Source: Vulcanimicrobiota bacterium (GTDB lineage Bacteria; Vulcanimicrobiota; Vulcanimicrobiia; Vulcanimicrobiales; Vulcanimicrobiaceae). From it: a stretch of DNA of 64,000 nt. A model generated the notes under the pieces. The model did no database searches. It was given only the letters and a program-made list of their open reading frames with translations, and was not told the origin of the DNA. Where the stretch lies: NCBI GenBank assembly GCA_963795855.1, contig CAWCIZ010000001.1, forward strand, positions 608,001 to 672,000, written 5' to 3'. The first letter of the stretch is position 1. Each line of letters begins with the position of its first letter. Positions 54,270 through 64,000 of the stretch are shown here, in pieces. Both the position numbers and the translations under genes were made by a program.

Positions 54270-55336
54270 GGCCGCGCTTTTTCTCGCGGACGGGACCCGC
54301 TTCGAGGGCAACGGTCTAGACTACGAGGGTCTGGCGCTGGGCGAAGCGGTGTTCTACACCGGAATGACGGGCTACGAAGAAGCGCTGACCGATCCGTCCT
54401 ATGCCGGGCAAATTTTGACGTTCACGTATCCGATGATCGGCAACTACGGAATCTCCGGCGAGGTCGCGCAATATCCGCGCGCATGCGTCGCAGGCGCAGT
54501 CATGAAGCGGATCGCGCATCATCCGTCGCATCATGCATCGCGCGTCGATCTGCCGTCGTGGCTGGACGAGCAGCACGTCCCGACGTTGATCGAGGCCGAC
54601 ACGCGCTCGATTACAATCACGCTGCGCGAACACGGTACGATTTGGGCCGCGCTCGCGGTCGGCGACGATGCGCTGGCGCGCGCCGAAGCCGCGCTCACCG
54701 AATTCGTGCGCACCGCGACGACGAAAGATCTGGTGGCCGAGCGTTGCCGCCACGTCCGAACACGTCGCGGGGGATGCGCGCGGCCCGCGCGTCGTGCTGC
54801 TGGACTGCGGCGTGAAGAAAGCGATCATTCGCGAGTTGACGGCGCTCGGCGTCAACGTCACCGTGCTCCCGTTCAATGCGAGCGACGAAGAGATTCTGCG
54901 CTTGGAGCCGCAGGCGGTCTTCATCTCGCCCGGCCCAGGCGATCCCACCGATCTGCCCCAAACGATCGATACGCTGCGATCGATGCTGGGCAAGCGGCCG
55001 ATGTACGGCGTGTGCCTCGGCCACCAACTGCTTGCACTCGCGTGCGGCGCGCAGACGTTCAAATTGCCCTACGGCCATCGCGGCGGCAATCAGCCGGTCA
55101 AAGATCTGCAACACGGCGAGGTCATCGTCACGGCGCATAATCACGGCTATGCCGTCGATGCGAAATCGCTTCCCGACGCGCTGGAGCAGACGATGATCAA
55201 TCTGAACGACGGCACGAACGAAGGCTTCCGTCATCGCGACCTGCCGATCGCGGCGGTGCAGTTTCATCCCGAGGCTTCGCCGGGGCCGTTCGATGCGCGG
55301 CGCCTTTTCGCGCAGTGGCTTCACGATTTGGTCTAG
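54262..55336 (+). CDS. carA: Carbamoyl-phosphate synthase small subunit (frameshift ~54740)
   Basis: FYTGMTGYEEALTDPSYAGQ, SPGPGDP, GVCLGHQL, GHRGGNQPV, QFHPEASPGP. Confidence 0.95.
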
Positions 55337-56127
55337 CGGCCGGCGCAATTTGCGTGCTGCTCGCAGCGCCGGTGCAAGCGCAAGAGTACCAGCGCTTGCA
55401 CGTGCGCAGCTTTACGCTGACTTCCGACAACGCGCGGCCGCAGCTCGAGCAGCCATTCCACGTTACGCTCACCATTCGCCTCGCTGAAAACGCCGCCGAG
55501 GTGCGCAACGTGTTTCTTCCCACGTTTTTCGGCGCGGAAGAACTGGGAGACGTGCAGCAGATCGCGCACAGCCGAGGCGGTACGACGTACCGCGAAACGC
55601 TGACGTTGGTAGCGCACGCGCGCGGTACGCTTGCGATCGGTTCGGGCTATCTGGATGCGGTTGACGCGCGCGACGGAAAATTGAAGCGCTTCATCTCGAA
55701 TTCTTTGCAGATTCCCGTCGGCGGCGGGCCGGTGTCCCAAACGTGGAGCGCGTTGCGTACGGCGGCGCTCGTCGTGATTGCCTGCGCGCTCGCCGGTCCC
55801 GCACTGCTGCTCATCGGGCGCCGGCGAGCCACGCGATCGGCTTTTGCGCCGGTTGTTTCGGTCGCCGCCCCCAAGGACGGCACGAGCGAAGCGTTCGATG
55901 CGCTTCGCAGGCAGCGCGACCGGAGCGCAGTGCTGCGCGTGCGCGCATCTCTGTGGGCGACGGCCGGCGCTCGCGCGGGTGAAACGCTCGGCGACGTCCT
56001 TCGCCGGCCCGCGGCGGGCGACGCTTCGATGCGCCGTTTGCTGCTGACCGTGGAACGCGCGGCGTTCATCGAAGACGCGCGGTTGAACGAAGCGATCGAG
56101 GAGGTGCTGTGCAGCCCGCGGCCGTGA
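55315..56127 (+). CDS. Exported membrane-anchored hypothetical protein (BatD-like partner of the MoxR cluster)
   Basis: Signal peptide ending VQA, beta-rich domain, one TM, helical C-terminus; overlaps moxR. Confidence 0.6.
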   Translation: MASRFGLAAGAICVLLAAPVQAQEYQRLHVRSFTLTSDNARPQLEQPFHVTLTIRLAENAAEVRNVFLPTFFGAEELGDVQQIAHSRGGTTYRETLTLVAHARGTLAIGSGYLDAVDARDGKLKRFISNSLQIPVGGGPVSQTWSALRTAALVVIACALAGPALLLIGRRRATRSAFAPVVSVAAPKDGTSEAFDALRRQRDRSAVLRVRASLWATAGARAGETLGDVLRRPAAGDASMRRLLLTVERAAFIEDARLNEAIEEVLCSPRP

Positions 56128-57026
56128 TTGAGGCGCTGACGCAAACGATCGTCGGCCAAAGTGAAGTCGTCGAGTCGCTCGTGCTTGCGCTGATTGCCGA
56201 CGGGCACGTGCTGCTCGAAGGGCCGCCCGGCCTTGCGAAGACGCTCGCGTGCCGCGCGCTGGCGGCGGCGCTCGAGGGCGACTTCAAACGCGTGCAGTTC
56301 ACGCCCGATCTGCTGCCCTCGGACATCGTCGGCACGCGCATCTTCAATCAGCGAGAAACGGCGTTCACGACCGTGCTCGGTCCGATATTTGCGAACGTCG
56401 TTCTCGCGGACGAAATCAATCGCGCGCCGGCAAAAGTGCAGTCCGCGCTGCTGGAGGCAATGCAGGAGCGTCAGGTGACGATCGGGCCCGGCACTCATGC
56501 TCTGCCCGATCCGTTTATCGTTCTTGCCACGATGAATCCGCTCGACGCGGACGGCACGTACGCGCTCCCCTATGCGCAGCTCGATCGCTTTCTGTTGAAG
56601 GTGCGCGTCGATCTGCCTTCGCGCGAAGAGGAGCGCGCGATTCTCGATCGTTTCGCGATCGCGGGCGCGCAGCCGGTTCGGGGCGTTGCAACGCTGCAGG
56701 ACGTGCTAGCGTGGCGCCGCAGCGCGATTGCGGTGCACTTGGAAGAGCGCGTGAAACAGTACATCGTCGATTTGGTGCTCGAAACGCGCAAACCCATGCA
56801 GTACCTCGAGCACGGCGCAAGCCCGCGCGCGACGCTGGCGCTGGCGTACGTATCAAGAGCGAAGGCGCTGCTCGCGGGCCGTGACTACGTGCTTCCCGAC
56901 GACGTTCGTTTGATTGCGCCGTTCGTGCTGCGCCACCGCATCGGCTACACGCACCGCGTTGCGATCGAACGCATCGACCCGGAAGACGTTCTGCTCTCGC
57001 TGATCGGCGCGGTTCGCGCGCCGTGA
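56109..57026 (+). CDS. moxR: MoxR-family AAA+ ATPase
   Basis: HVLLEGPPGLAKT, RVQFTPDLLPSD, LADEINRAPAKVQSALLEAMQE, QLDRF, GASPRA. Confidence 0.93.
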   Translation: MQPAAVIEALTQTIVGQSEVVESLVLALIADGHVLLEGPPGLAKTLACRALAAALEGDFKRVQFTPDLLPSDIVGTRIFNQRETAFTTVLGPIFANVVLADEINRAPAKVQSALLEAMQERQVTIGPGTHALPDPFIVLATMNPLDADGTYALPYAQLDRFLLKVRVDLPSREEERAILDRFAIAGAQPVRGVATLQDVLAWRRSAIAVHLEERVKQYIVDLVLETRKPMQYLEHGASPRATLALAYVSRAKALLAGRDYVLPDDVRLIAPFVLRHRIGYTHRVAIERIDPEDVLLSLIGAVRAP

Positions 57027-57766
57027 ACGCCGTCCGTGAAGCGCTGCTGCGAGGCAAGCGGCGCCCGCGCCGCAGCGGCGCCGGTTCGCCGACGCTCTTT
57101 CGCGCGGACGGATACGAATTCGTGGAATTGCGCGAGTATATCCCGGGGGACGACATTCGGCGTATCGATTGGGCGGCCACCGCCCGTACCGCGCAATTGC
57201 AAACGCGCGTGGTGCTGGAAGACGTCGCCTTGACGCTCGCAGCGATCGTCGACGACTCGCCGTCGATGCAGGTCGGAAGAATGCGCCCGCTCGCGCAGAG
57301 CGCGAAGGAGGCGGTCGACGCGTGGTACGCAGCCGCGCAGTCCGGCGACCGCGTGATGCACGTCGAAATCGACGTGCCCTTCGAGTTGACCAAGGCGCTC
57401 GATGCCGCCGGCGCCGCGCTCCCGCGCGGCTGTGCGCTGCTGGTCGCCAGCGACTTTTGGGATCTGCCCGATGACGACGACGTGCTCGGCTTTCTGGGCT
57501 CGCGCTTCGATTGCACGGCGTTGCTTGCACGCGATCCGTGGCATGACGGGCTGCCGCTGAGCGGTCTGCTTCGGATGCGCGATGCCGAGACCGGCTCCGC
57601 CGCGCGGGTGTATTTCGGCAAACGGGAACGTGCCGGCTATTTTCGTGCCGTGCGCGAGCGCGAGCAGCATCTGCTCGAACGCTTCGCACGGACGAATTGG
57701 CGCGCGGACGTGCTGGACGAATCCGATGGAGCTGCGTCGTTGCTGCGCGCTTTCGGCGCGGCATGA
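57023..57766 (+). CDS. DUF58 domain protein
   Basis: EFVELREYIPGDDIRRIDWAATAR, DDSPSM, ASDF; follows moxR. Confidence 0.88.
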   Translation: MNAVREALLRGKRRPRRSGAGSPTLFRADGYEFVELREYIPGDDIRRIDWAATARTAQLQTRVVLEDVALTLAAIVDDSPSMQVGRMRPLAQSAKEAVDAWYAAAQSGDRVMHVEIDVPFELTKALDAAGAALPRGCALLVASDFWDLPDDDDVLGFLGSRFDCTALLARDPWHDGLPLSGLLRMRDAETGSAARVYFGKRERAGYFRAVREREQHLLERFARTNWRADVLDESDGAASLLRAFGAA

Positions 57767-58680
57767 GTTTCGCGCATCCGGCCTACCTCGGCATCGCGCT
57801 GGCCGCCGCAGCGCTGTTTGCGCTGTTGTATCGGCTCGCGGCGCGCCGCAGAACGCAGCAGGCTATCGCGTACTCGAATCTGCCGTTTTTGTTATCGGCG
57901 GCCGCGCCGCGCAAGTGGCCCGAGCGTGCCCTGATCGCAGCGTGGGTTGCGGGCGTGGCGCTGATCGTGCTCGCGGTATGCGGGCCCCGCGTGCGCGCGA
58001 TGGTTCCGTCGTTGGGCGGGCGAGTCGTTCTTTGCGTCGACACGTCGGGATCGATGAACGCAACGGACGTGAATCCGACGCGGGCGCAAGCGGCGCTCGC
58101 AGCGATGCGCGCGTTTATCGCTCGCGCTCCCGCGCAAACGGCTATCGGCGTCATTTCGTTCGCTTCGGACGCGCAAGTCCTGACGCAGCCGACGCGCGAC
58201 CGCGACCGGATTGATGCTGCGCTCGAAGACGTTCCCTCGCCGAACGGAGCGACCGCAATCGGCGACGCACTCGACCTCGCGCGCCGTATCTTGCCGGCGA
58301 CCGGGGCACGCGCCGTCGTGCTGATAACGGATGGCGAAAACAACGTGGGTTCGGACCCGATGGAAGCGGCGCGCGCGCTCGGGACCGCACGCATACCGCT
58401 GTTCACGATCGGCATCGGCACGAACTCCGGCGCGCTCATCCCAGGCACGCTGCAGACGGCCGGGATCGATGAAGATGCGCTGCGCGCGTACGCAGCAGCC
58501 GCGGGAGGCGCGTACAGCCGCGCAGACGACGCCGTGCAACTGCGCGAGGCGCTCGCGCGTTTGGGAAGAAGCACGTCACTGACGCGTGAAACCGTCGACG
58601 TGTCGCTCCCCGCAGCGGTCGCGGGCGGCGCTCTGATGGCGCTCACGTTTCTGGCAGGCTTGGCGATTGGGCGGTGGTGA
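57763..58680 (+). CDS. VWA domain membrane protein (BatA-like)
   Basis: MSFAHP + TM, MIDAS DTSGSM, TAIGDAL, LITDGENN, C-terminal TM. Confidence 0.88.
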   Translation: MSFAHPAYLGIALAAAALFALLYRLAARRRTQQAIAYSNLPFLLSAAAPRKWPERALIAAWVAGVALIVLAVCGPRVRAMVPSLGGRVVLCVDTSGSMNATDVNPTRAQAALAAMRAFIARAPAQTAIGVISFASDAQVLTQPTRDRDRIDAALEDVPSPNGATAIGDALDLARRILPATGARAVVLITDGENNVGSDPMEAARALGTARIPLFTIGIGTNSGALIPGTLQTAGIDEDALRAYAAAAGGAYSRADDAVQLREALARLGRSTSLTRETVDVSLPAAVAGGALMALTFLAGLAIGRW

Positions 58681-59322
58681 GTGGACGAGATCGATTTGAC
58701 GCACATGCGCACGGCATATCAGCGAACCGAACTGCGCGAGAACGCGGTCTCCACCGATCCGCTCGATCAGCTGCGCCGGTGGATCGACGAGGCGATCCGA
58801 GCGGACGTTCCGGAACCGAACGCAATGTGCGTGAGTACGTGTCTGAGCGGTCAGCCGTCTTCGCGTATGGTGCTGTTGCGCCGTCTGGATTCCGGCGGCT
58901 TGGTGTTTTACACCAGTTACTTCAGCCGGAAAGGTCGAGAGCTGCAAGAAAACCCGCGCGCAGCCGCATTGTTTTACTGGCCGCAGCTGGAGCGGCAAGT
59001 CCGCGTCGAGGGCATGGTCGATCAAATCCCGGAGGACGATTCCGACGCCTATTTCGCCAGCCGTCCGCGCGGCCATCAACTCGGCGCCTGGGCGTCGGAG
59101 CAAAGCGAGCCCGTTGAGAACCGCGACTTGCTCGATCAGCGCATGCGCGACTACGAAGAACGGTTCGGCGGCGAGGACGTTCCGCGTCCGCATTCGTGGG
59201 GCGGCTACGCCATAGTGCCGCAGCGCGTGGAATTTTGGCAGGGACGCCCCAATCGGATGCACGACCGGCTCGAATTCCTGCGCCGCCACGGGATGTGGTC
59301 GATGCGCCGCCTGCAGCCTTGA
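58681..59322 (+). CDS. pdxH: Pyridoxamine 5'-phosphate oxidase
   Basis: EPNAM, PSSRMVLL, SRKG, RQVRVEG, YFASRP, GAWASEQS, EFWQGRPNRMHDR, RLQP. Confidence 0.96.
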   Translation: MDEIDLTHMRTAYQRTELRENAVSTDPLDQLRRWIDEAIRADVPEPNAMCVSTCLSGQPSSRMVLLRRLDSGGLVFYTSYFSRKGRELQENPRAAALFYWPQLERQVRVEGMVDQIPEDDSDAYFASRPRGHQLGAWASEQSEPVENRDLLDQRMRDYEERFGGEDVPRPHSWGGYAIVPQRVEFWQGRPNRMHDRLEFLRRHGMWSMRRLQP

Positions 59323-59329
59323 GGACGTG

Positions 59330-59356
59330 TGTCGGTTTCGGGCGCCCTCAAACGTT
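59330..59356 (+). promoter_or_regulatory. Putative ECF42-type promoter
   Basis: TGTCGG (59330-59335), 17 nt, CGTT; resembles the TGTCGA/CG(A/T)C promoter associated with ECF42, upstream of the YciI gene. Confidence 0.5.
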
Positions 59357-59379
59357 TGAATGCAGAAGGAGAACACGAC

Positions 59380-59712
59380 ATGAGTGAATTCGTTTTTCTG
59401 TATCGCGGCGGCCGGCGCGGTGAATCTCCGGCCGAAGGCGAGCAAATTATGCAAAAATGGGTTGCTTGGATGCAAGATCTGGCGACCAAAGGACACATGA
59501 AGGACCGTGGTCAGCCGCTCGAGCCCGAAGGCAAAGTCGTGCGCAACGGCAGCGCCGTTACCGACGGTCCGTACCCGGAGTCGAAAGATCTCGTCGGCGG
59601 CTACACACTGATCGAAGCCCGTGATTTGGCGCAGGCTGCGGACCTTGCGCGGGGCTGTCCGATCTTGGAACGGGACGGATTCGTGGAAGTGCGCCCCGTC
59701 ATGCAGATGTAG
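59380..59712 (+). CDS. YciI/DGPF-family protein
   Basis: AAGGAG RBS, TDGPYPESKDLVGGY, A..CP, VEVRP. Confidence 0.88.
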   Translation: MSEFVFLYRGGRRGESPAEGEQIMQKWVAWMQDLATKGHMKDRGQPLEPEGKVVRNGSAVTDGPYPESKDLVGGYTLIEARDLAQAADLARGCPILERDGFVEVRPVMQM

Positions 59713-60956
59713 TGGACGCACCGGAACGGCTTTTCCGTCACGAGTCCGGACGCATACTCGCCGTTCTCACCCGCATCTTTGGGCTCAATCAGCTCGCGCT
59801 GGCAGAAGACGTCCTCCAAGACACCTTCTGCCGCGCGCTGGAAGTCTGGAAACTTCGCGGCGTCCCGGACAACGCGAGCGCATGGCTCGTAAAGACGGCA
59901 AAGAATCGGGCGATCGACGTTCTTCGACGGGAACGCACGGCGCGCAAATTCGCTCCCGAACTGCAGCGCCTGTTCGATAGCGAATGGACGATGGTTCCCA
60001 CGGTCGCCGAATTCTTCAACGCGGAGACGATCGAGGACGATCGACTGCGCATGATGTTTACGTGCTGCGATTCGCGCATACCCGAGGAAGGCCAAGTCGC
60101 CTTGATGCTCAATCTGCTTGCCGGATTTTCGGCAAGCGAGATCGCGGCTACTTTCTTGACGAAACCGGCGACCGTGGAAAAGCGAATCGAGCGCGCCAAA
60201 CACGTCTTGTCTACGAATCAAGATTTGTTCGAATTCAGCGACGCCGATTTGCCGCCTCGCTTGTCGGCCGTGCACCGAACCTTATATCTGCTGTTCAACG
60301 AGGGATACCACGGCGCGTCAAAGCGGACGCCGGTGCGAGTCGAGTTGTGCCGCGAGGCGATGCGGCTGGCATCCTTATTGCTGGACGAGCCGCTGGTATC
60401 CACGCCGCAAACGTATGCTTTGTGCGCGCTCATGTGGCTGCACGCAGGACGGTTGCCCGCGCGCGTGAACGGCGAAGGCGACTTGATCGCGTTGACGGAG
60501 CAAGACCGCTCGCTTTGGGACGCGGCGCTGATCAAAAAAGGAAACGCGTTTCTGGAAGCTTCGGCGACCGGTCCCGAAGTGAGCGAGTATCACGTGGAGG
60601 CCGCGATCGCTTCGATACACGCAAATGCGACAAGCACGCAAGACACCGAGTGGGCCAAAATCGTCTGGCTGTACGACACGCTCATGGCCATTCGGCCATC
60701 GCCAATCGTCGCGTTGAATCGCGCCATCGCGATCGGCAATCAGTTTGGTCCGGTTCGCGGCATCGAAGCGATATTGGCGATAGAGCAGCGCGAAAGACTC
60801 GCATCGTATCCGTTTCTCCCGGCCGCGCTCGGCGAGCTGGAACTGCGCAGCGGGCGAATGAGCGAAGCGCGAGGCCATTTCGAGCGCGCCGCCGCGCTCG
60901 CGCGCAGCCCGATGGAGCGGCGGTTTCTGACCTCGCGCGTCGAGTCGCTTACCTGA
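59712..60956 (+). CDS. ECF sigma factor with C-terminal DUF6596/TPR extension (ECF42-like)
   Basis: AEDVLQD, WLVKTAKNRAID, DDRLRMMFTCC, YLLFNEGY, QDRSLWD, PSPIVALNRAIA; follows YciI. Confidence 0.9.
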   Translation: MDAPERLFRHESGRILAVLTRIFGLNQLALAEDVLQDTFCRALEVWKLRGVPDNASAWLVKTAKNRAIDVLRRERTARKFAPELQRLFDSEWTMVPTVAEFFNAETIEDDRLRMMFTCCDSRIPEEGQVALMLNLLAGFSASEIAATFLTKPATVEKRIERAKHVLSTNQDLFEFSDADLPPRLSAVHRTLYLLFNEGYHGASKRTPVRVELCREAMRLASLLLDEPLVSTPQTYALCALMWLHAGRLPARVNGEGDLIALTEQDRSLWDAALIKKGNAFLEASATGPEVSEYHVEAAIASIHANATSTQDTEWAKIVWLYDTLMAIRPSPIVALNRAIAIGNQFGPVRGIEAILAIEQRERLASYPFLPAALGELELRSGRMSEARGHFERAAALARSPMERRFLTSRVESLT

Positions 60957-61065
60957 ACTGCAGGCCGGGCGGTCTGGGCGGGTCCTAAAGGACCACCGGG
61001 CCAGCATCCCTGCCTTTTCGGCACTGTGCCCGGCCGCAGCACGCCCGGTACGATTGCCTTCAGAA

Positions 61066-62067
61066 ATGACCACGTACCTCGTCACCGGCGCGGCCGGTTT
61101 TATCGGCTCGGCTCTCGTGCGCGCTCTGCTGGAGCGCGGCGAGCGGGTGCGCGCGCTCGACAACTTCAAAACCGGCAAGCGCGAAAACCTCGAGGAAACG
61201 TATCGTGAAATCGAGTTTTTCGAAGTCGATCTGAACGACACGCAGCCGCTTGCCGAGATCTGCCGCGGCGTCGACTGCATCTTTCACGAAGTCTGCGATT
61301 CCGTCGGTTCCCAAATCGGTAGCCGATCCGCTCTCAGTCACCTTGCCAACGTCGACGGAACGCTGAGTTTGCTGCTTGCCGCGCGCGAAACGCGCGTCGG
61401 CCGCGTCGTGTATGCCGCATCCTCGTCGGCATACGGCGATACGCCGTCGCTGCCCAAGCGCGAGGACATGAAGCCGAATCCGATCTCGCCGTACGCCGTG
61501 CAAAAACTTTGCGGCGAGTTGTATACGAGCGCGTTTCACCGCGTGTACGGCATGGAAACCGTGGCGCTGCGGTACTTCAACGTTTTCGGCCCGCGCCAAG
61601 ACGCGACGAGTCAGTATTCCGGCGTGCTCTCGAAGTTCATCACGTGCATGCTCGAGGGCCGTGCGCCCACGATCTTCGGAGATGGAACGCAGAGCCGCGA
61701 CTTCACCTACGTCGAGAACGTCGTCCAGGCGAATCTGCTGGCTTCGTCCGCGGATGCGAGCGCGATTGCGGGGCGCACGTTCAACGTTGCGACCGGCGTG
61801 CGCTTCTCGCTGATGCAAGTCTTCGAAACGCTCAAAACGATTACCGGATTCGCCGGGGAACCGCTGTTCGACGCCGCGCGTGTCGGCGACGTCAAGCATT
61901 CCCTGGCCGATATAAGCGCGGCGCGCGATGCTTTCGGCTACCAGCCGGTCGTCGGCTTCGAAGACGGCTTGCGGCGAACCGTCGAGTGGTACCGCGAGCA
62001 GGCTGAAAATACCGCAGGAAACTCCTGCAGTAACTGCCCCGTAAGGCGGCTAACCTCGGGCATCTAG
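61066..62067 (+). CDS. NAD-dependent UDP-GlcNAc/Glc 4-epimerase (WbpP-like SDR)
   Basis: [50 protein letters not shown]. Compensating frameshifts near 61290-61335; the true stop may be TAA 62031-62033. Confidence 0.9.
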   Translation: MTTYLVTGAAGFIGSALVRALLERGERVRALDNFKTGKRENLEETYREIEFFEVDLNDTQPLAEICRGVDCIFHEVCDSVGSQIGSRSALSHLANVDGTLSLLLAARETRVGRVVYAASSSAYGDTPSLPKREDMKPNPISPYAVQKLCGELYTSAFHRVYGMETVALRYFNVFGPRQDATSQYSGVLSKFITCMLEGRAPTIFGDGTQSRDFTYVENVVQANLLASSADASAIAGRTFNVATGVRFSLMQVFETLKTITGFAGEPLFDAARVGDVKHSLADISAARDAFGYQPVVGFEDGLRRTVEWYREQAENTAGNSCSNCPVRRLTSGI

Positions 62068-62068
62068 C

Positions 62069-64000
62069 ATGCCCCCCCAAAAGAGCGTCCTCGTTATCGG
62101 CTCAGGCCCCATCGTGATCGGCCAAGCCGCCGAATTCGACTACGCCGGCGTTCAGGCGTGCCGCGCGCTTCGCGAAGAAGGCCACCGCGTCGTCCTCGTC
62201 AACTCGAACCCCGCCACCATCATGACCGACCCGGAAGTTGCGGACGCGGTGTACCTGGAGCCGCTGACCGTCGCTTCAGTCGAAGGCATCATCGAACGCG
62301 AGCGGCCGAACGCGCTGCTGCCCACGCTCGGCGGCCAAACCGGGCTGAATCTTGCGGTCGAATTGCACGAAGCGGGCGTTCTCGAGCGGTACGGCGTCGA
62401 GCTGCTGGAACGCCGGTCGAAACGATCAAACTCGCCGAAGATCGGGAGCGCTTCAAGGCCAAGATGATCGAAATCGGCGAGCCGGTTCCGACAAGCGCCG
62501 TCGTCACGCAAATCGACCAAGGTCTCGCGTTCGCGCAGCAGTACGGTTATCCGCTGGTGGTGCGGCCCGCATACACGCTCGGCGGCACCGGCGGCGGCAT
62601 CGTCTACAACGAGAACGATCTGCTTGAAACGCTCGAGAGCGGCCTCTCCGCGTCGCTCATCCACCAAGTGCTGCTCGAAACCTCGCTTCTGGGATGGAAA
62701 GAAGTCGAGTACGAAGTGCTGCGCGACGGTGCGAACAACGTGCATCATCGTTTGCAACATGGAAAACATCGATCCCGTCGGCGTGCATACCGGGGACTCG
62801 ATCGTCGTCGCCCCCTCGCAGACGCTCTCGGATCTCGAATATCAAATGCTGCGCACCGCGAGCCTCAACGTCATTCGCGCGCTGAACGTGCAAGGCGGCT
62901 GCAACATTCAATTCGCGCTGCATCCCGAGCGCAGCGAATACGCCATCATCGAAGTCAATCCGCGCGTCTCGCGCAGTTCGGCGCTTGCGAGCAAAGCGAC
63001 GGGCTATCCGATCGCCAAAATCAGCACGCGGATCGCGCTTGGTCAAACGCTCGACGAGATCCCGAATCCGGTGACCGGCGTTACGAAAGCGGCGTACGAA
63101 CCGACGCTGGATTACGTCGTCGTGAAAATTCCGCGCTGGCCGTTCGACAAATTTCCGCTTGCCGACACGTCGCTCGGCACGCAGATGAAATCAACCGGCG
63201 AAGCCATGGGAATCGGCCGCACGTTTCAAGACGCGCTCATGAAGGCGGTTCGCGGGCTCGATCTCAAGCGCAGCGCGCTCACGGGCAACGCGCTGACCGA
63301 GTGGAGCGACGCCGAACTCGAAAACGTGGTCGCGCATCCGAACCACGAGCGCTTGTTCGCGGCGGCCGAAATGATTCGCCGAGCGCTTGAAACCGAACGG
63401 GTCGACGCGGCGATAGAGCGCATCGTCGAACTTTCCGCGATCGATCGGTTCTGGCTCTACGAGATCGTGGAGATCGTCCGTGACGAATCGGCCTCGCATG
63501 CGCGCGACGGGACCATCGTGTTTCGGATGGTGGACACGGCCGCGGCCGAGTTTCCCGCGAAATCGCCTTACTATTACATCTCGCGAAACGAGCGCGACGA
63601 GATGCGCAAGCCGCCGCATGAAGCGGTCGTCGTGGTGGGCAGCGGACCGATTCGCATCGGCCAGGGCATCGAGTTCGACTATTCGTGCGTGCATGCGGCG
63701 TGGGCGCTGCGCGAGGCCGGCTGCTCGCCGGTCGTCATCAACAATAATCCCGAAACCGTTTCGACCGACTTCGATATATCCGACGTGCTGATCTTCGAAC
63801 CGCCCGGTGCGGATGAAGTGGAAGCGGCGTACCGATCGACGAGCGCGCGCGGCGTCATGCTGGCTTTCGGCGGACAAACCGCGATCAATCTTGCCGACGA
63901 ACTCGCGCGCCGCGGCGTGCCCATCATCGGTAGCGATCGCCGCAGCCTCGATATGGCGGAGGATCGCGAGAAATTCGACGCCGCGCTTCGCCGCCTGGGC
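62069..64000 (+). CDS. carB: Carbamoyl-phosphate synthase large subunit (frameshifts, 3' truncated by window edge)
   Basis: [85 protein letters not shown]. Confidence 0.96.

Noticed and set aside
48914..55336. Pseudogene or programmed-frameshift interpretation of valS, pyr and carA
   Set aside because: The genes are essential or core, the shifts are numerous and lack consistent slippery sites, and the motifs are not decayed; sequencing error is simpler.
62035..62062. Hairpin just before carB as a PyrR-binding or attenuator element
   Set aside because: Imperfect stem, no PyrR loop consensus and no U-tract.

Overview
GC-rich bacterial chromosome segment. The lineage is tentatively Terrabacteria, possibly Ca. 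Eremiobacterota-like; this is an inference from the Bacillota-like ClpX N-terminus and the many Cys-poly-Gly lipoproteins. Left part: c-di-GMP enzymes (a partial EAL gene, REC-like-PAS-PAS-GGDEF-EAL, and GAF-GGDEF-STAND ATPase-TPR), an acyl-CoA ligase, four tRNAs (Lys-TTT, Lys-CTT, Leu-TAG, Gly-GCC), secreted proteins and tig-clpP-clpX. Middle (~16.9-48.9 kb): a large Wzx/Wzy-Wza/Wzc polysaccharide locus. It carries a complete WbpA/B/D/E/I-like pathway, a CapD/PglF-like dehydratase, a second aminotransferase and several tailoring enzymes. It also encodes three paralogous uncharacterised lipoproteins (candidate glycoside hydrolases), a NarL-family regulator and an HTH-less paralogue of its receiver domain. 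Right part: valS-pyrR-pyrB-pyrC-carA, a MoxR/DUF58/VWA cluster, pdxH, YciI plus an ECF42-like sigma factor, a WbpP-like epimerase and a partial carB. Best new signal: a 27-nt element (24/27 identical) begins exactly 60 nt upstream of a TACGAT -10 box at two polysaccharide promoters, and its GACC core sits at the same offset at a third, remote sugar-epimerase promoter. This suggests an undescribed EPS regulon. Many genes, including essential ones, have single-base frameshifts best explained as sequencing errors, so frameshift positions and some gene ends are approximate. No CRISPR array, rRNA or mobile element was seen.
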